DNA of 64,000 nucleotides. It comes from Blasia pusilla (lineage: Eukaryota). The stretch spans positions 4,030,001 to 4,094,000 of the forward strand of contig CM114271.1 of the NCBI GenBank assembly GCA_050084515.1. The letters run 5' to 3'. Both the position numbers and the translations under genes were made by a program. Under the pieces are notes generated by a model. It searched no databases. It saw nothing but the letters and a program-made list of their open reading frames with translations, and was not told where the DNA came from. Within the stretch, counting starts at the first letter, position 1; the number at the start of each line of letters is the position of its first letter. Shown here in pieces: positions 1-12,460 of the stretch.

Positions 1-884
1 TTCACAAAAAGGGAAACCCCCTAGATTCTTACACTAGTGTTGACCTTGTGTTATGAGGTAATAAAACTTCTCTAATTATTTATGCAAGTGTGGTGCCAAT
101 TCCTTAAACATTCCTTCACTACTCATATCTATATTATACACTTAATTATGCAAACGAGGGGCCAATTCAATGAACATTCTCATGTTACAAAGATTTTCTT
201 ATTGCTTATTTATAAATGATGGGATGTCTCAAACAGTGAAAATCCGGAAACAAAGGACTAATTCCCTTTTTTAAAAGTGTAGACCCTACCAGCACGATTA
301 TCAATATCAAGCCCCACTTATGCCGCAATACTCTAAATGAAATAATGTCGAGATATTGTTGAGAAGAATTATCAAAGGACAAGCACTCTTCAAAGTTGGC
401 TGGATGATGTCATAGAATGATGTTCTATTCTGTTGCATACTTTTGAAAACAATCATCAAAACAATCAATCACCTTCAAGCGAAGGACGCATGAAACTGAA
501 ACGACAGCGCTTTTAACACTAGGAACAGACAGCACTTCTAGGAGCCCCATAGGTTTTTCGCTTCGTTATTTGATACTGTGTCCCTCGCGGTCTCAGAGTG
601 TAAGGACTGAGTGAGCTTCCAGTGTAGATACGCATTTTGTCTTGAGACGATTCAGACATCTGCAGCTCGGAGTCGAGTAGAGTAGATTGATCGGGTCGCT
701 CGCTGGTTCTGAGGAGGAGTTGTTGGAATGAAGCGCAGATACCTTCTCTCCGCAAAGGAGGGAGGAGTTGTGTGCCATAGGGGTAGGGAATGTTGACGAA
801 TTCGGGCTCATCCTGAGCTGCGATCAATCAAACCAACCCCACAAATACGGTTCGTTTGGGAACGCTGAAGAATGCAACTGATTC

Positions 885-1898
885 TCATTGAAAAAGTCCT
901 GTTACGAATTCCATAACTGCTCCCAACACCTCACCCATGCCATCTGATGCACCCTCGACCACGTCCCCGAGACCGTCTGCTGCTCCTTCCAGACCATCGC
1001 CAAAGTCGCCTACAACAGATGTTGCTCCTTCGAAGGTTTGCGCAACGGAATCGGGATCCGCTACAGCGGACTGGATTTGACCGATTCCAAAACCCGTAGC
1101 GGTACTGATGGCTGGATTCACCACGAAGTTGTTGACGGCATCCTTGGCGTAGTGCTGGCCGACCTGCTTCAAGCCTATGAGTATGGCGAGCATAGCAGTC
1201 CAGTCTACTCCGGGAGCCACATCTATTTGCAACTCGGATCCTGCACCAAAGGAGGCATTTAAGATCAAGTTCTTCACGGACTTCGTGACGATTGCCACCA
1301 GCTGATCCTTCTCATTCACAATTTGCATGGTCCTCCCTGCAATGTCTGCCAGAATCCTGTATGCCACTTCCTTACTGTCCCCGTAACACACACACAGGTT
1401 GTGCCTGATCGACATCGACTTAATTCTGGACTGCTTTGCAATGTTGAAGTAAGAAGTCTCCCCATCTGCGTCCTGAACATACTGCCTTCCATGCCTCGTG
1501 AACGATTTGGGCCTTACCCTGAAGCTGCACATTCCATGGTATCCAGTCGCATGGCACATGGATTGCCACTCTCCAAATGGAGACCAGAAGTTGTCATCGG
1601 GGACCAATCCCAGAGGATCAAGGCTCTGGTATGGATCCTTTCCAGGATGGTGCGTGACCAGCAAGACCTCTCCAGTTTCACCATTGAAGATTCTGGTGTC
1701 GTCGAGAGAGAGATGAGCCTTCTTGAACACGAAGCTTCTCGGCCGATTGGAGTATTGCTCACCCAACTTCACCCCTGTGCCCGCTTGTTGAGGCACTAAA
1801 GCTGGATTGGGAGGCCCCAATGCGAGCTCCACCAAAAAGTTCGGATCATTTAGTTTCTGAAGCTCTGAATTTGGCTTAAGTCGCGTGCCATCTGCCAT
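885..1898 (-). CDS. LURP-one-related (LOR / Tubby C-terminal-like) protein, 337 aa, intronless CDS
   Basis: Uninterrupted ORF with LOR-type motifs (IFNGETGEVLL, IVNEKDQLVAIV, LQIDVAPGVDWTAMLAILIGL) and an acidic Gly-rich tail; a paralog relic lies at 14.4-15.2 kb. Confidence 0.85.
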   Translation of the reverse strand: MADGTRLKPNSELQKLNDPNFLVELALGPPNPALVPQQAGTGVKLGEQYSNRPRSFVFKKAHLSLDDTRIFNGETGEVLLVTHHPGKDPYQSLDPLGLVPDDNFWSPFGEWQSMCHATGYHGMCSFRVRPKSFTRHGRQYVQDADGETSYFNIAKQSRIKSMSIRHNLCVCYGDSKEVAYRILADIAGRTMQIVNEKDQLVAIVTKSVKNLILNASFGAGSELQIDVAPGVDWTAMLAILIGLKQVGQHYAKDAVNNFVVNPAISTATGFGIGQIQSAVADPDSVAQTFEGATSVVGDFGDGLEGAADGLGDVVEGASDGMGEVLGAVMEFVTGLFQ

Positions 1899-3226
1899 CG
1901 CCTCTTCCTTCTCCCAACGCCAGCAGATGTTCAGCGTTCTCCACCAAAATCCTCACGACGCCTGTGTCCACTGGATCGATAACCTCAAAAACTGGGTAGT
2001 TCGTCCGATCGTAACACCGGCCCTCCTCACTGCCAAATGTCAATTCCAACAGCAAGGCCAAACTGAGATACAATGAATGACCACCGATGCTCTCGACCCT
2101 AAGAAAGGGTTCAAGATGCGGCAGAAGCACATCTCCACGCCCAAAACTCATCACCATCTACACCAAAATCAACTCCCGAGCTCCTGACAATGCCAATGCG
2201 TTCAATTCCAGACACCCAACGCACACTCGGCGCATGTCCGCAGTCCGCACCGAGAACTGTGCGTCGAGCGCAGCGACAATCCACAACCGTATCGACGAGA
2301 ATCACTTACATACCTCGAGACTCGGCCAATGATTTGTCTCCTGCCTGTACCGCCTCGCCCTCTTCAGTCTCCCCTCCCTAGAAACGGCAACACTCAGCCT
2401 GAGATCATGAGCCCCGGTTGTCACCGAAGCACATTATTTATCCCCAATGAGTGTACGGACTCTCACATAGCTCTAGCCTCTTGTGAATCTGACGCGTGCT
2501 GATCGCGACTTGTTCATTCATTCGCGACTCCTTCGCAAGTTCGCAGAGAGGGAGTGGGCTGGGCAAATAGCACCGCACCTAGTCTCCACGTCGTCGCCTA
2601 TAAATGGCCCTGAACGTGCAGCTCAGCGACTCAACCGGTCCCCGCAGCCGATCATAGTCAACGGCCCCCCCCCTTCCAAAAGTCCCGCAGCAGTGTTGAA
2701 CTGCTCGACCGGCTCCATCGGTCATAGACATTCACCGGATCCCATTCAAACTCCTTTGCTAGTGTGATCCCTCCTTGTACTTTGATATCCTCGACCATGG
2801 CTATCATCTATACTATTAAGAGAGAAGTGGTTTTCACAAGGCGATAAGAGAGTCCCTTTAATCCAAAATGTATGGCATAGGCATTCAGGTAAGGGGGCAT
2901 TCAAGTAACGGACGGGACGGATGTTAGGGACCATGGAGTGGGCCAGGGCGTATAGGGCTAGGCACCGTGGAGGGGACTGTCCATCGCACGGCCCCTTCAC
3001 GGGTCCTAACTAGTATGGTTAAAAGGAACAAGTATGCGGCCCCCTTGTTTGAAGACCCCCGAGTGGGGGTTTAAGATGTAAAATACTCTTCCGAGAAAAG
3101 AGTCATTTTCCCATAGCAGGCTGGACTTTGGTAGAGTGCAGCATGGGTGAATTGCTTACATTGTTGTTTATGGAAATAATCAAGCATAGGTAGCATAGGG
3201 GTGAAGCAATGAAAAATATATTAAAT

Positions 3227-3540
3227 TGTGGAATTATTGATATCTTTTTATGTTGATCCTCAGTGGAAAAAAGAGACAATTGCTTGCAAAAGAAGATGTC
3301 ATTGATGTCGTGCGCATACACATCGCTACACAACCCACATCACTGGTCACATCTACATACCACACGCCACCGATCTTCCCTAACATACGGGATCGGTGTC
3401 GTGTGGTATGTAGATATGACCAGCGATGTGGGTTGTGTAGCGATGTGTATGCACATGACATCAATGACATCTTCTTTTGCAAGCAATTATCTCTTTTTTC
3501 CACTGAGGATCAACATAAGAAGATATCAACAAATTCCACA
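3227..3540. repeat. Long near-perfect inverted repeat (foldback), arms ~150 bp, loop ~15 bp
   Basis: 3227-3375 is the reverse complement of 3391-3540 with scattered mismatches; near-identical ORFs 3234..3503(-) and 3263..3598(+) reflect this. Confidence 0.95.
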
Positions 3541-4128
3541 TATAAATGAAACATACTCACGCATATACACTGGGACCCCACAACTAAATCAAAAGTAGTA
3601 AAAATGGCTCACCCGGCCTAAAACTCCACTCATGAATCTACATCGGCATATCGAACCACATCCATCCTCTACTATGAGGGAATCCGGACGCTAGCACCCT
3701 AACTCCTACACATCCACACACGTCTATGCAAGAGAGGCGTTCCTAAGACTCAACATGAGAAAGATGGTTTGAGAAAGCCATCTCTTTCACTCTTATACCC
3801 TTGGGAAGAGCCAAAAGGCTCTTCCCCCAAAAATAGCCCTACCAAGGGTAACCTACATGCACACGTTACCCCGTGACTGTTGACTTGATCAATAGGTCAC
3901 TTGCCGGACTAAAACCAAAATAGGAAAATCGTGATAAACGACGTTCCCGACACAACAGACTTAATATTTCATCCGACATCTTGGGACGAAGTTATACCCG
4001 AACAACCCGTTGACTCTCTATGCCGTCGACACGATAGAACTCTACCTACGTCAAAATAAGATGTGACATTGAGTAGAACGATGTCGGATAGTAAAATCAC
4101 CCAGTGTGTAAACTCCTCTCTCATTAAG

Positions 4129-5268
4129 TGTTAGAAAGAGTTTTATTAGTATTAAGTAAATTAGCTTATGAAAAGGAAATTCCCATGTTTAAACCTCTTT
4201 ATGATGCCTCTTTTATGCCGGCCCAACTTTAGGAAAAGAGGTAATAGATAAAAGATGGGATTAAAAAATTAAAGTAGTGGGATTGGTGCTTTAATGAAAG
4301 AAAAGCAAAAGTAGTCTTAGTTGATGGCTAGGGTAGATGGGGTAGTTTGGAAGATATGAAGTGATTAAAGGAGGATATTTTGGAAGAGATAAAAGGTAAT
4401 CTACTTGTGTCAAAATCTGATTGGTTAAGCTTTGAGAGGAAGCCATGCGGCACACGATAAGATTAGCCTTATTTCGTACTCTTGTGGATCCCTTGTGAGT
4501 GTATAAAGAGGAGGGACCTTCAAGGGTTCATCACCTTCTACTTCACATCTTGAGTTTCTAGTTTCACTCTTGAGTGGACGGCTTGGGATTGCTTGCTCTT
4601 CCAATGAGATTGGATTATCCCTCTTGGAAGAGTAACTAGACCATGGTCTAGTCTTCGATAGGATTCTAGTGTGTGGTATGTGTGGAGATGAGAGACTTGT
4701 CACCTTAGGGGAAGTTTAGTCATACTAGAAATAGTGGATGGTTTGGATTGTTATTTTCCCAATGAGAGTGGATTATCCTTCTTGGGAGAGCAACTTCACC
4801 AAACCCCATTCTAGAGGAGAGTAGAGGATGTTTGTTAAGTATGGATAGGGATGGAGCACGAGTTGTGCCAAATTTTCCTTTCCTTAACCTGTACCACGTC
4901 AAGATTCTCTTTGTAGATAGACACTGGTTCACTCGCTATCTAGTTCATCACTTTGGGGAGACGTTCATGAACCAAGTCATGCAATCTCCAACTCCGGTGA
5001 TTCTTCCTGTAGTCACATACGGAAGAACATAGGATTATATTTTTTATGTCCTTATATATCAATCCATGGATGTCAATAGGCCTGTTCGAGTAGGGTTTAA
5101 CACAAGTTGCGCTATTTTTCTTGTGTACAAATGTAAAGTAGTTTACAAGGACTTCATAGTAAGGAATTTCGGGATTTCATGTTATGAAAAAGTGATCGCC
5201 TCGGCACTACCATTCGTGATTCCTGTCGTGAGAGAATGGAGGGTTTATATAATAATTTTGTACTGACA
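4129..5268 (+). mobile_element. Probable solo LTR of a Ty3/Gypsy family, containing an internal ORF
   Basis: Starts TGTTAG, ends CTGACA, TATA-like TATAAA at ~4502; homologous to the LTR at 5388-6304. No convincing TSD seen. Confidence 0.6.
4841..5266 (+). pseudogene. LTR-embedded ORF of unknown function, 141 codons, one internal TAG (copy 1)
   Basis: ATG 4841 to TGA 5264-5266 in one frame; only stop is TAG at 5030-5032, which is TGG in copy 2. Confidence 0.7.
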
Positions 5269-5870
5269 AAAGGAAAACTTCTTATAGAGTTCGACTTTCA
5301 TCAACCACGTCTGTTGCAGCTAGAAGGTCCGCCCTTACTCGAAGAAAGACTCTCGACACGACAACGAAGGAGTGTGTAATTATCCTTTGTTAGTGGTTAT
5401 TAAGTTAGAGTCTATAACATAAAGCACATAAGTGGGAAAGAACCAGCCAAAAAGAGAAGATAAAGAACATAAGATAAAGATGAAAAGTAAGATTAGGATG
5501 AGGTTGGGGATAGATGTGGTAAGATGAGATATAGGAATATTAGAGTCAAAAGAAGATCATCTCATGCTATAAGAATATGACACATGGTATAAGGATGGGA
5601 AAATCTAATTTGTCTTCACTGTACCTATCTCTAAGGATATAAAGAAAGAGAAGAGGCCTCGAGGGGCATTGTACCTTTGATCGAGCAACTCTAGAATGGT
5701 CTTATGAGATTGAGAGTTGGAATGGTTACCATTCCAACTAGAGTGGATTATCCCTCTTGGAAGAATAACCAAGTAATAATACATTGTTAAGAGTTAGATA
5801 GGCTTATTAGAGGCTGACAATGGCTATTGAGCTGTAAGTAGAGTAAGGGGGCAGGGCTGTTCTACAGATA

Positions 5871-6304
5871 ATGGATGGAGGGGGAGCGAGAGTGACTCAT
5901 AATTTTCCATTTCTAAACCGATTTACCATCAAACTTTTATATGTAGATAGACATTGGTTCACGAGATATCTCATATATCGCTTTGGCAAAGTTTTCATGA
6001 CATAAGTGATGGAGTCTCTCTTCCCGATGATTCTCCCAATTGTTACATATGATCATGTGTGGGATTGCACTATTTCTATATTTTTTTAAACGGGATATGG
6101 GGAATAGATTTGAATAGGCCCCTACGAGTGTCTTTTAACACTCGATGTATTATCAATCTGGTTTGTTAACCCAAGGTAGCATATAGAGAGTTTATGGTGA
6201 GGAAGTGTGATCAAGAGTATTATTATGAAGATATTGCATCGACATTGCCTTTTATAATCCCTATTGTGCGAAATTGGCAAGTGCATATCTTGACCTTTTA
6301 TTTA
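5871..6304 (+). pseudogene. LTR-embedded ORF, copy 2 (premature stops and one frameshift)
   Basis: MDGGGARVTHNFPFLN...VDRHWFTRYL...LPFIIPIVRNWQVHILTFY aligns end to end with copy 1. Confidence 0.7.
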
Positions 6305-6463
6305 AGTGGTAGTAAAGAGTCAAGGGAAAGTCGGAGTGACCATGGAAGAAACTTTGAGGGATATGATTAATGACTTGATTCATGAATTGAGAGAGTTGAG
6401 AATTGCTGTTGATCAAAGTCAAGACCAAGTCCAAGAATTAACTCAAGAAGTTGATCCTGTCAG

Positions 6464-6467
<4 letters not shown>

Positions 6468-6528
<61 letters not shown>
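6468..6528 (+). repeat. (GA)30 microsatellite inside gag
   Basis: Pure GA run. Confidence 0.97.
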
Positions 6529-6531
<3 letters not shown>

Positions 6532-9481
6532 CCGACGGATGGGATGGAGATGGAAACCATGAGTACCTTGACTTCTGGGGAGAGTGAGGAAACCTTAAGG
6601 GCACGAGCATTAGAGGCCCAAGTAGCATAAAGAGTGATAGAGATAAATACCCAAACGTCATTGATATTGAAAATAACAAAGGCATGCAAGGTAGAACCAT
6701 ACAATGGAAGTCAAGTCATGGGGGTATTAGAGGGTTGGATCATTCATATAAAAATCCATTTATCCCTTTTTAACATCGATGATCATATTGCAGGAATGTT
6801 TGTAAGATCTTGATTGACAGATCAAGATCTTACCATGGTATCAAGGATGAGCGAGATCCTTGATTGAAAATTAGTCAACAAATCACATGGAGCGGAATGA
6901 AGCAAGGGCTACAGTAGCCCTTATTTATGTGGATCCCATCCTTACTGCTACAATGAAATTATGACGATTAGAGCAGAAAGGTAGTGTGGAGGACTACATC
7001 GAGGAGTTTCGTGACTTATAGATACAAATCCGTGACATGAATGGGGCAGAAGCCCTCGATCTATTCAAGAGAGGTTTGAAGAGGAAGGTGGATCAAGAAG
7101 TGATTCGAGATAACCCAAAGGATATCAATGAAGCAATTGTATGTGCCCGAAGAATAGCAAATCTATATGAAGGAGGAGGAGAGGTGGTTGCTTCCAAGAA
7201 AAATCACTATGGACCCACACCCATAGAGTTGGGTAACCTTCAGGCAGGAGACAGTTATGTACCATGAAGGTTAAATGGAAGGGTGCCAATTGAGAGGGAT
7301 CGAAACCCAAAAAATACAAGGGATTGCTCCTCGAACCGACGGGCCGGGGGTTCCTAGAGGAGGGAGATAATTTGAAGTTGGAAGAGATACACGCCAATGA
7401 TTTGAGTGTGATAGATATGGTCATATAGCCATAAATTTTTGCTTTCGTATGGGGCCATATCATCGCCCTCTTAATCATCTTGAAGGGGGACACACGCATG
7501 AAGATGACGAAGAAGATGGATCTCAGGGAAACTCTGATCATAAATAATCTCGCCTCGTGGATATACTAGTTCTACCAAAAGGAGAAAAGACGAGGATCAA
7601 CACAAATATGTGGAGGTAAATGGTTTAAAGAGAGGAGAAACTCATCTGATCATCATAGATATGGAAGTAGAAGGGTCCCAAGTTAGAGTGTTGATTGATA
7701 CTGATGCAACAGAAAACTTCCTTTCAAGAGCCATAACTATGAAATTGGGCTTAGGTTTAGAGAGGGATCAAAATGAAGAGGTAGAATTTCCAAACAAACA
7801 AACTGAAAGGATTGATAAGCTTCTTCTGAGGATAGGAAAGTATCTTGAAGAGTTGGAGTTGAAGGTCATTCGAATATCCCGTTATGATGTTATCTTGGGG
7901 ATGCCTTGGTTAGAACAATACAATCCAAAGATAGATTGGAGAAAAAAGATTCTGAAGAAGCTTTATGGAGATAGAGTTAGATCACGTCCTAAAATCCTAC
8001 GCCTATATGTAATAGGAAAAACTGCCATCAAACATCAAGATATATGCTTCCTTGGTTTAATAAGAGATGTTGGTAGTTTGAAAAAAAACATAAGAGTTCA
8101 GAGAAGTATTGGAGGAATATAAAGATGTATTCCCAAAAGACTTATCATCACGGCTACCACCCAAACTCATGGTAGGCCATAAGATTGATGTCATTCTAGG
8201 AAGCACACCACCATAAGGCTCCTTACGGCATGAGGCCAAGGGAATTAGAAGAATGTAAGGCCTAAGTGGACAAGATGCTGCAGAAAGACTTCATCCAACC
8301 AAACGTCTTGCCATATGGAGTCCCTATTCTTTTCGTGAAAAAGAAGGAGGGAAGCATGTGACTATGTATTCGAGTATGGAGCACTCAACCAACAAACAAT
8401 AAAGAACAAATATCCATTACCAAGAATGAACGATTTGTTTGACGAGCTACAAGGAGCAAAATACTTCACCAAACTCGATTCGAGAAGCGGCTACAACCAA
8501 ATTTAAATTATCGACGAACTCAAGACTGCTTTTCGTATTAGGTATGGACACTTTGAGTATTAAGTCATGCCATTTGGTCTTACCAATGCAACTACAACTT
8601 TTATGTGCTTAATGAATGATATCTTTCGTCCATATCTAGATAAGTTTGTCATCATATTCTTAGATGATATCTTGGTCTATAGTAAAATTATAGTGGATCA
8701 TAGAAATGATTTACAAGGAGTCCTTCATATCCTACAAGATAACGAGTTGTATGCTAAGCTTCAAAATGTGAATTCAACAAGATAGAAGTTGATTATATAG
8801 GGCACCGAGTAAGCGTAGAAGGCATTCAAGTGATGAATGAGAAGGTAGAAATGATCAAAAAATGGAATGCAGTAGAGGATCAAACTCAATTCAAGAGTTT
8901 TTTAGGATTAACAAGATTCTATCGAAGATTTTCCAAAGTTTTTGCTTGAATCGTATAATCCTTGACAATTTTAGTAGGAAAAGGAAAAAAGTGGAATTGG
9001 GGTAAATCATAAAAGATCTTTGAAATGGTATGATCCTACTTGACCTATAAAGTTGTCCACAGATGCATCAGGTACTACCATTGGAGCAAATTTACTACAA
9101 GAATAGGATGATGGATGATATTTTATTGCCTTCTTTTCTCGCAAGTTGTTGCCAGCGGAACAAAACTACCATACAACTAAGCCAGAAGAACTTGCTATTG
9201 TATTGGGAACAAATCATTAGAAACACTATTTGGGCGATAAAGAGTTTGTGGTGAGATTGATCACAAGCCTTTGGTATACTTAGAGTCCCAAAAGGAGCTC
9301 TCCAAATATCAAATTTGACGGGCAAAATGACAACAATAGTTCACCATGAAAACTATCTACATAGAAGGAAATAAGTAGTCGGCAGCAAATCCCAATATGT
9401 CAAAAATGTTGGGAAGAAGATCCATAGATCTCACTATGGATCTTGTTTGTGAGTTACCATGTACAATCACAGGACATGACT

Positions 9482-9659
9482 CTAAACAAATACATGGAAG
9501 GAAGAACATAAGGGAGAAATTAACACGAGGGAGTAATTGGGGAGTAACATAAGAAATGAGATTTTGTATGGGGGCCACCTAAGCAAATACATGGAAGGAA
9601 GAACATAAGGGAGAAATTAACACGAGGGAGTAATTGGGGATTAACATAAGAAATGAGAT
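9482..9659. repeat. Direct duplication of ~80 bp, period 97 bp
   Basis: CAAATACATGGAAGGAAGAACATAAGGGAGAAATTAACACGAGG... occurs twice, at the truncation point of the Gypsy element. Confidence 0.9.
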
Positions 9660-10989
9660 GTTTTTATTACGGATTTATCACATCCAACTTGCATTTTGCA
9701 AGTTGAATATGACTTGAAATCGACTACTAGCTAGGGCCCTAAACAGTGTGGAAATTCAGGTCATGAGCAGTGTGCATGGAATCCATATAAACTCACTTAC
9801 CTCTATCCACAACTTCCACAATATCAACGTTTGAATGTCCCACACTTGTTAGTGACCTCGACTAAGGACGAGTGTGGGGCACCACCGACCACTGAATACC
9901 TCATGGAGTCCCACACGAAAAAATATTTAATATCAATGGTAATAAAAAATAGGTGCACTTTGCATGGGCCTCCGATGAAAGTCATGAGAATGGCATAGAG
10001 TTTCTTTGGTAGGCCCCAAGTCAGAAAGTGGAGTCTCCAGCGGCTGTAAGCACTGGGAGGAGGCACCGTGTTTAATGAACACCGATGTTCGCGGTAGAAA
10101 CATGGCAGTCGGAAGGCCGAAATTTGGGTTCTGGGACAGTGGGCCACGGAACCCTCAGGTTCATGTGAGGGCACGGACTGAGCATGCGGGGAAATTTGAA
10201 ATCTCCTGTAGGGAATCTTGAGCATAAGCGTGAATGCTGTTTGCAGATTTTCTCGGTCACGGACGGAGCTTTGCACAGCGAAGAAGGCTGAATCGTAGGC
10301 ATCTTGAGGGTGTAAGGATTCCAAGGTATGCGATAATAAGTACTCAACTGGCCTCTCGAGAGCAAGGAAAGGTCGATGGTTTCGTTTCTTCGTGTTATCG
10401 TAGGATGGTTAGAGATTTCTATTTGAGCATGGGTTTGGCAGTTGGACATGAGTGTCTCCTTCGTGCGTCATATTGGGGAGTTCATGATGCATAGAATCCG
10501 TGGTCATGTCGGGGGATTCATGGTAGCAATTAAAGAGACCTAATACGCAATAATTAGTGCCAAAGGAACATGTTCCATGTAGAACCCTTTTCTGTTTGTT
10601 TCCTGTGCTGTGCGACTCTTTGGGGTCGATTCCATGCGCGCAGGGTCGCGGCGACGATAGAGCGTCGCCGACTTTTCTGCGCCCAAAAGTTTTGGGCGCA
10701 GAAACGTAAATTTGGATAAATGTAGGGACAATTCTCCGAGATTGGATGCGATCAAGCGTCGAACGAAGTCGAACGAAGTGGACATTGGACAGTAACTTCG
10801 CACACATTGCACGAACAATCCTTGATTCCTTCGTCGAAAGGAGGATTCTCGTGACTCAGACCTTCAAGTTTTCGTTACGTTACAAACATTATTTCTAATT
10901 CTAAAGTTCGCTTCTGTTGAAGCGAACTTTTTAGAATAGTGTTCGCTTCTGTTTTGAAATGTTATTACGACAGAGGACGGCTGGCTTAG

Positions 10990-12460
10990 GAGCTCGCCGC
11001 AGGATATGGATTCGATTCCATGCAGCAGATGTGGTAGTCTCAGCATTTCAAGTCCTCCACATCGTGTAAGCGTTTGGATCTCTACAGGAGGAAAACGACC
11101 ACACAGCCACGTTGGAACTGGGTGCCTAAGCGACATGTGAATGGCCGAAATCCAACCCTCTCGCCAGCCCAAGCGATTCTTTTCAGACTTCAAGTTCCTT
11201 ACTTACTTAACCTTCGTAGTGTGCGAAGATCATGCGAGAGAGTGTTGTCCATGAGCTATCCAGTATTGGCGAGTTCGACCAGCAGCCGCCTTAGAATCCG
11301 AAAGTCACAGTTGCTTGGTAAAGCTTGAAACTCGTTGATAGATCCATCTCGTTGAGGGAGTGACCGGTGAGCAAGCATACTGCCAGATCCAATTAATTGG
11401 TCAACGTAAGAATGCCATACCTGATAAGCTGACATTTAGTCTGTATCTTTCTTGTATAGTAGTATACGAGAAAGAGTACACACCTTATCTGCGCGGCAGA
11501 GTTGTTTTGCGTTTGGACTGTTTCGCCAGAGTTGGGATTCCCCAAACACCGTAATTCTTTCACTGAATAGGGTGTCCCATAGTAGAAAAGAAACCCCAAT
11601 TTTATGCAGTCGTAGAAAATTTCAATCCATGCCATGTTACATAGTCTGAACGGATGAAAACATATCTTGAACAAACCATTTGTGAAAAATACGAGATTCT
11701 GCCCATGTGGTGCGTTCTCGTGGCTGATGTAGTTGTCAACCTGCTAATATGCTCCTTAGTTAAGTCAAAGTCCTGAGGGTAGAACCATAGAACGAGGAAG
11801 GACGTGACCTTATCACTGTACGATCAGACGACTTAGCAGTCGTAAAATTGTGAATTCTGGAACGGTGTAGCAAAGTTCTGGATAAGAATAAAATGAGGAT
11901 CCCCCATTGTAAAGTCCGGATAAGAATATTAAAATGAGGATTCCCTTGATCAAGTTCGGTAGATCTTGCGCGCTCATTCAATGGGGATGATTATGCTGAG
12001 AGATCATTTTGAAGCTGGAATGGCATGTTGGTCCGGAACTTGGAGGTAGCAAATTCTAACTCACCGGCTTGAAACACTCGAGCTAGATTTTCCCATTTTA
12101 ACAACGTAGACTCAATCAAACGTACATTAGCGTGAAGAGATTGCGAAAGTGGCTATGACTTGGTTTCCATGGCAACCGTGACAGGGTTATGACACCCGAC
12201 AGTCGTCTTGAGGAAGCTAGATTTGAGGTGTGAGGAAATTTCGATTGCAAACACTCCGTATGAATGTCGCCTCCTCCAACTCATCAATTCCCCTTCCACG
12301 AGCCGTTCAAAATAATTCCCCGAGAGTTGAGTTCTCGTTCGTGAAGGTTTCCGAGAGAAAGAGCATCACTAGGAAGGCTTCACGACCAACTTCGGAATGG
12401 ATAGTCCACGTTTCCCAGCTTCCATGGAAGCAAAATATACCATCTCCTCCTATACGAGTT
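10990..12460 (+). pseudogene. Heavily degraded NB-ARC-LRR (NLR) relic
   Basis: Motif-like fragments in canonical order across frameshifts: KIMREC..P.A / LSSIG (GLPL-like, ~11230), LYLSCIVVYEKEY (RNBS-D-like, ~11440), ISIHAMLHSL (MHD-like, ~11620), then LAVVKL*IL, SWNG, RLETLELDF and LRKLDLRC (LRR-like). Boundaries approximate. Confidence 0.45.

Larger units (their letters stand above)
5388..9482 (+). mobile_element. Degenerate, 3'-truncated Ty3/Gypsy LTR retrotransposon (5' LTR ~5388-6304, gag-PR-RT-RH, partial IN)
   Basis: LTR starts TGTTAG; degenerate tRNA-Met PBS-like TGGTAGTAAAGAG at ~6307; gag from 6342 with GPTPIELG motif; protease LIDTDATENF and [19 protein letters not shown] and FLDDILVYS; RNase H TDASG; integrase MDLVCELP at ~9436. 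Many stops and frameshifts. Confidence 0.9.

Noticed and set aside
519-827. ORF downstream of the LOR gene with an acceptor-like site near 818
   Set aside because: No homology recognised and no supported donor; probably 3' UTR.
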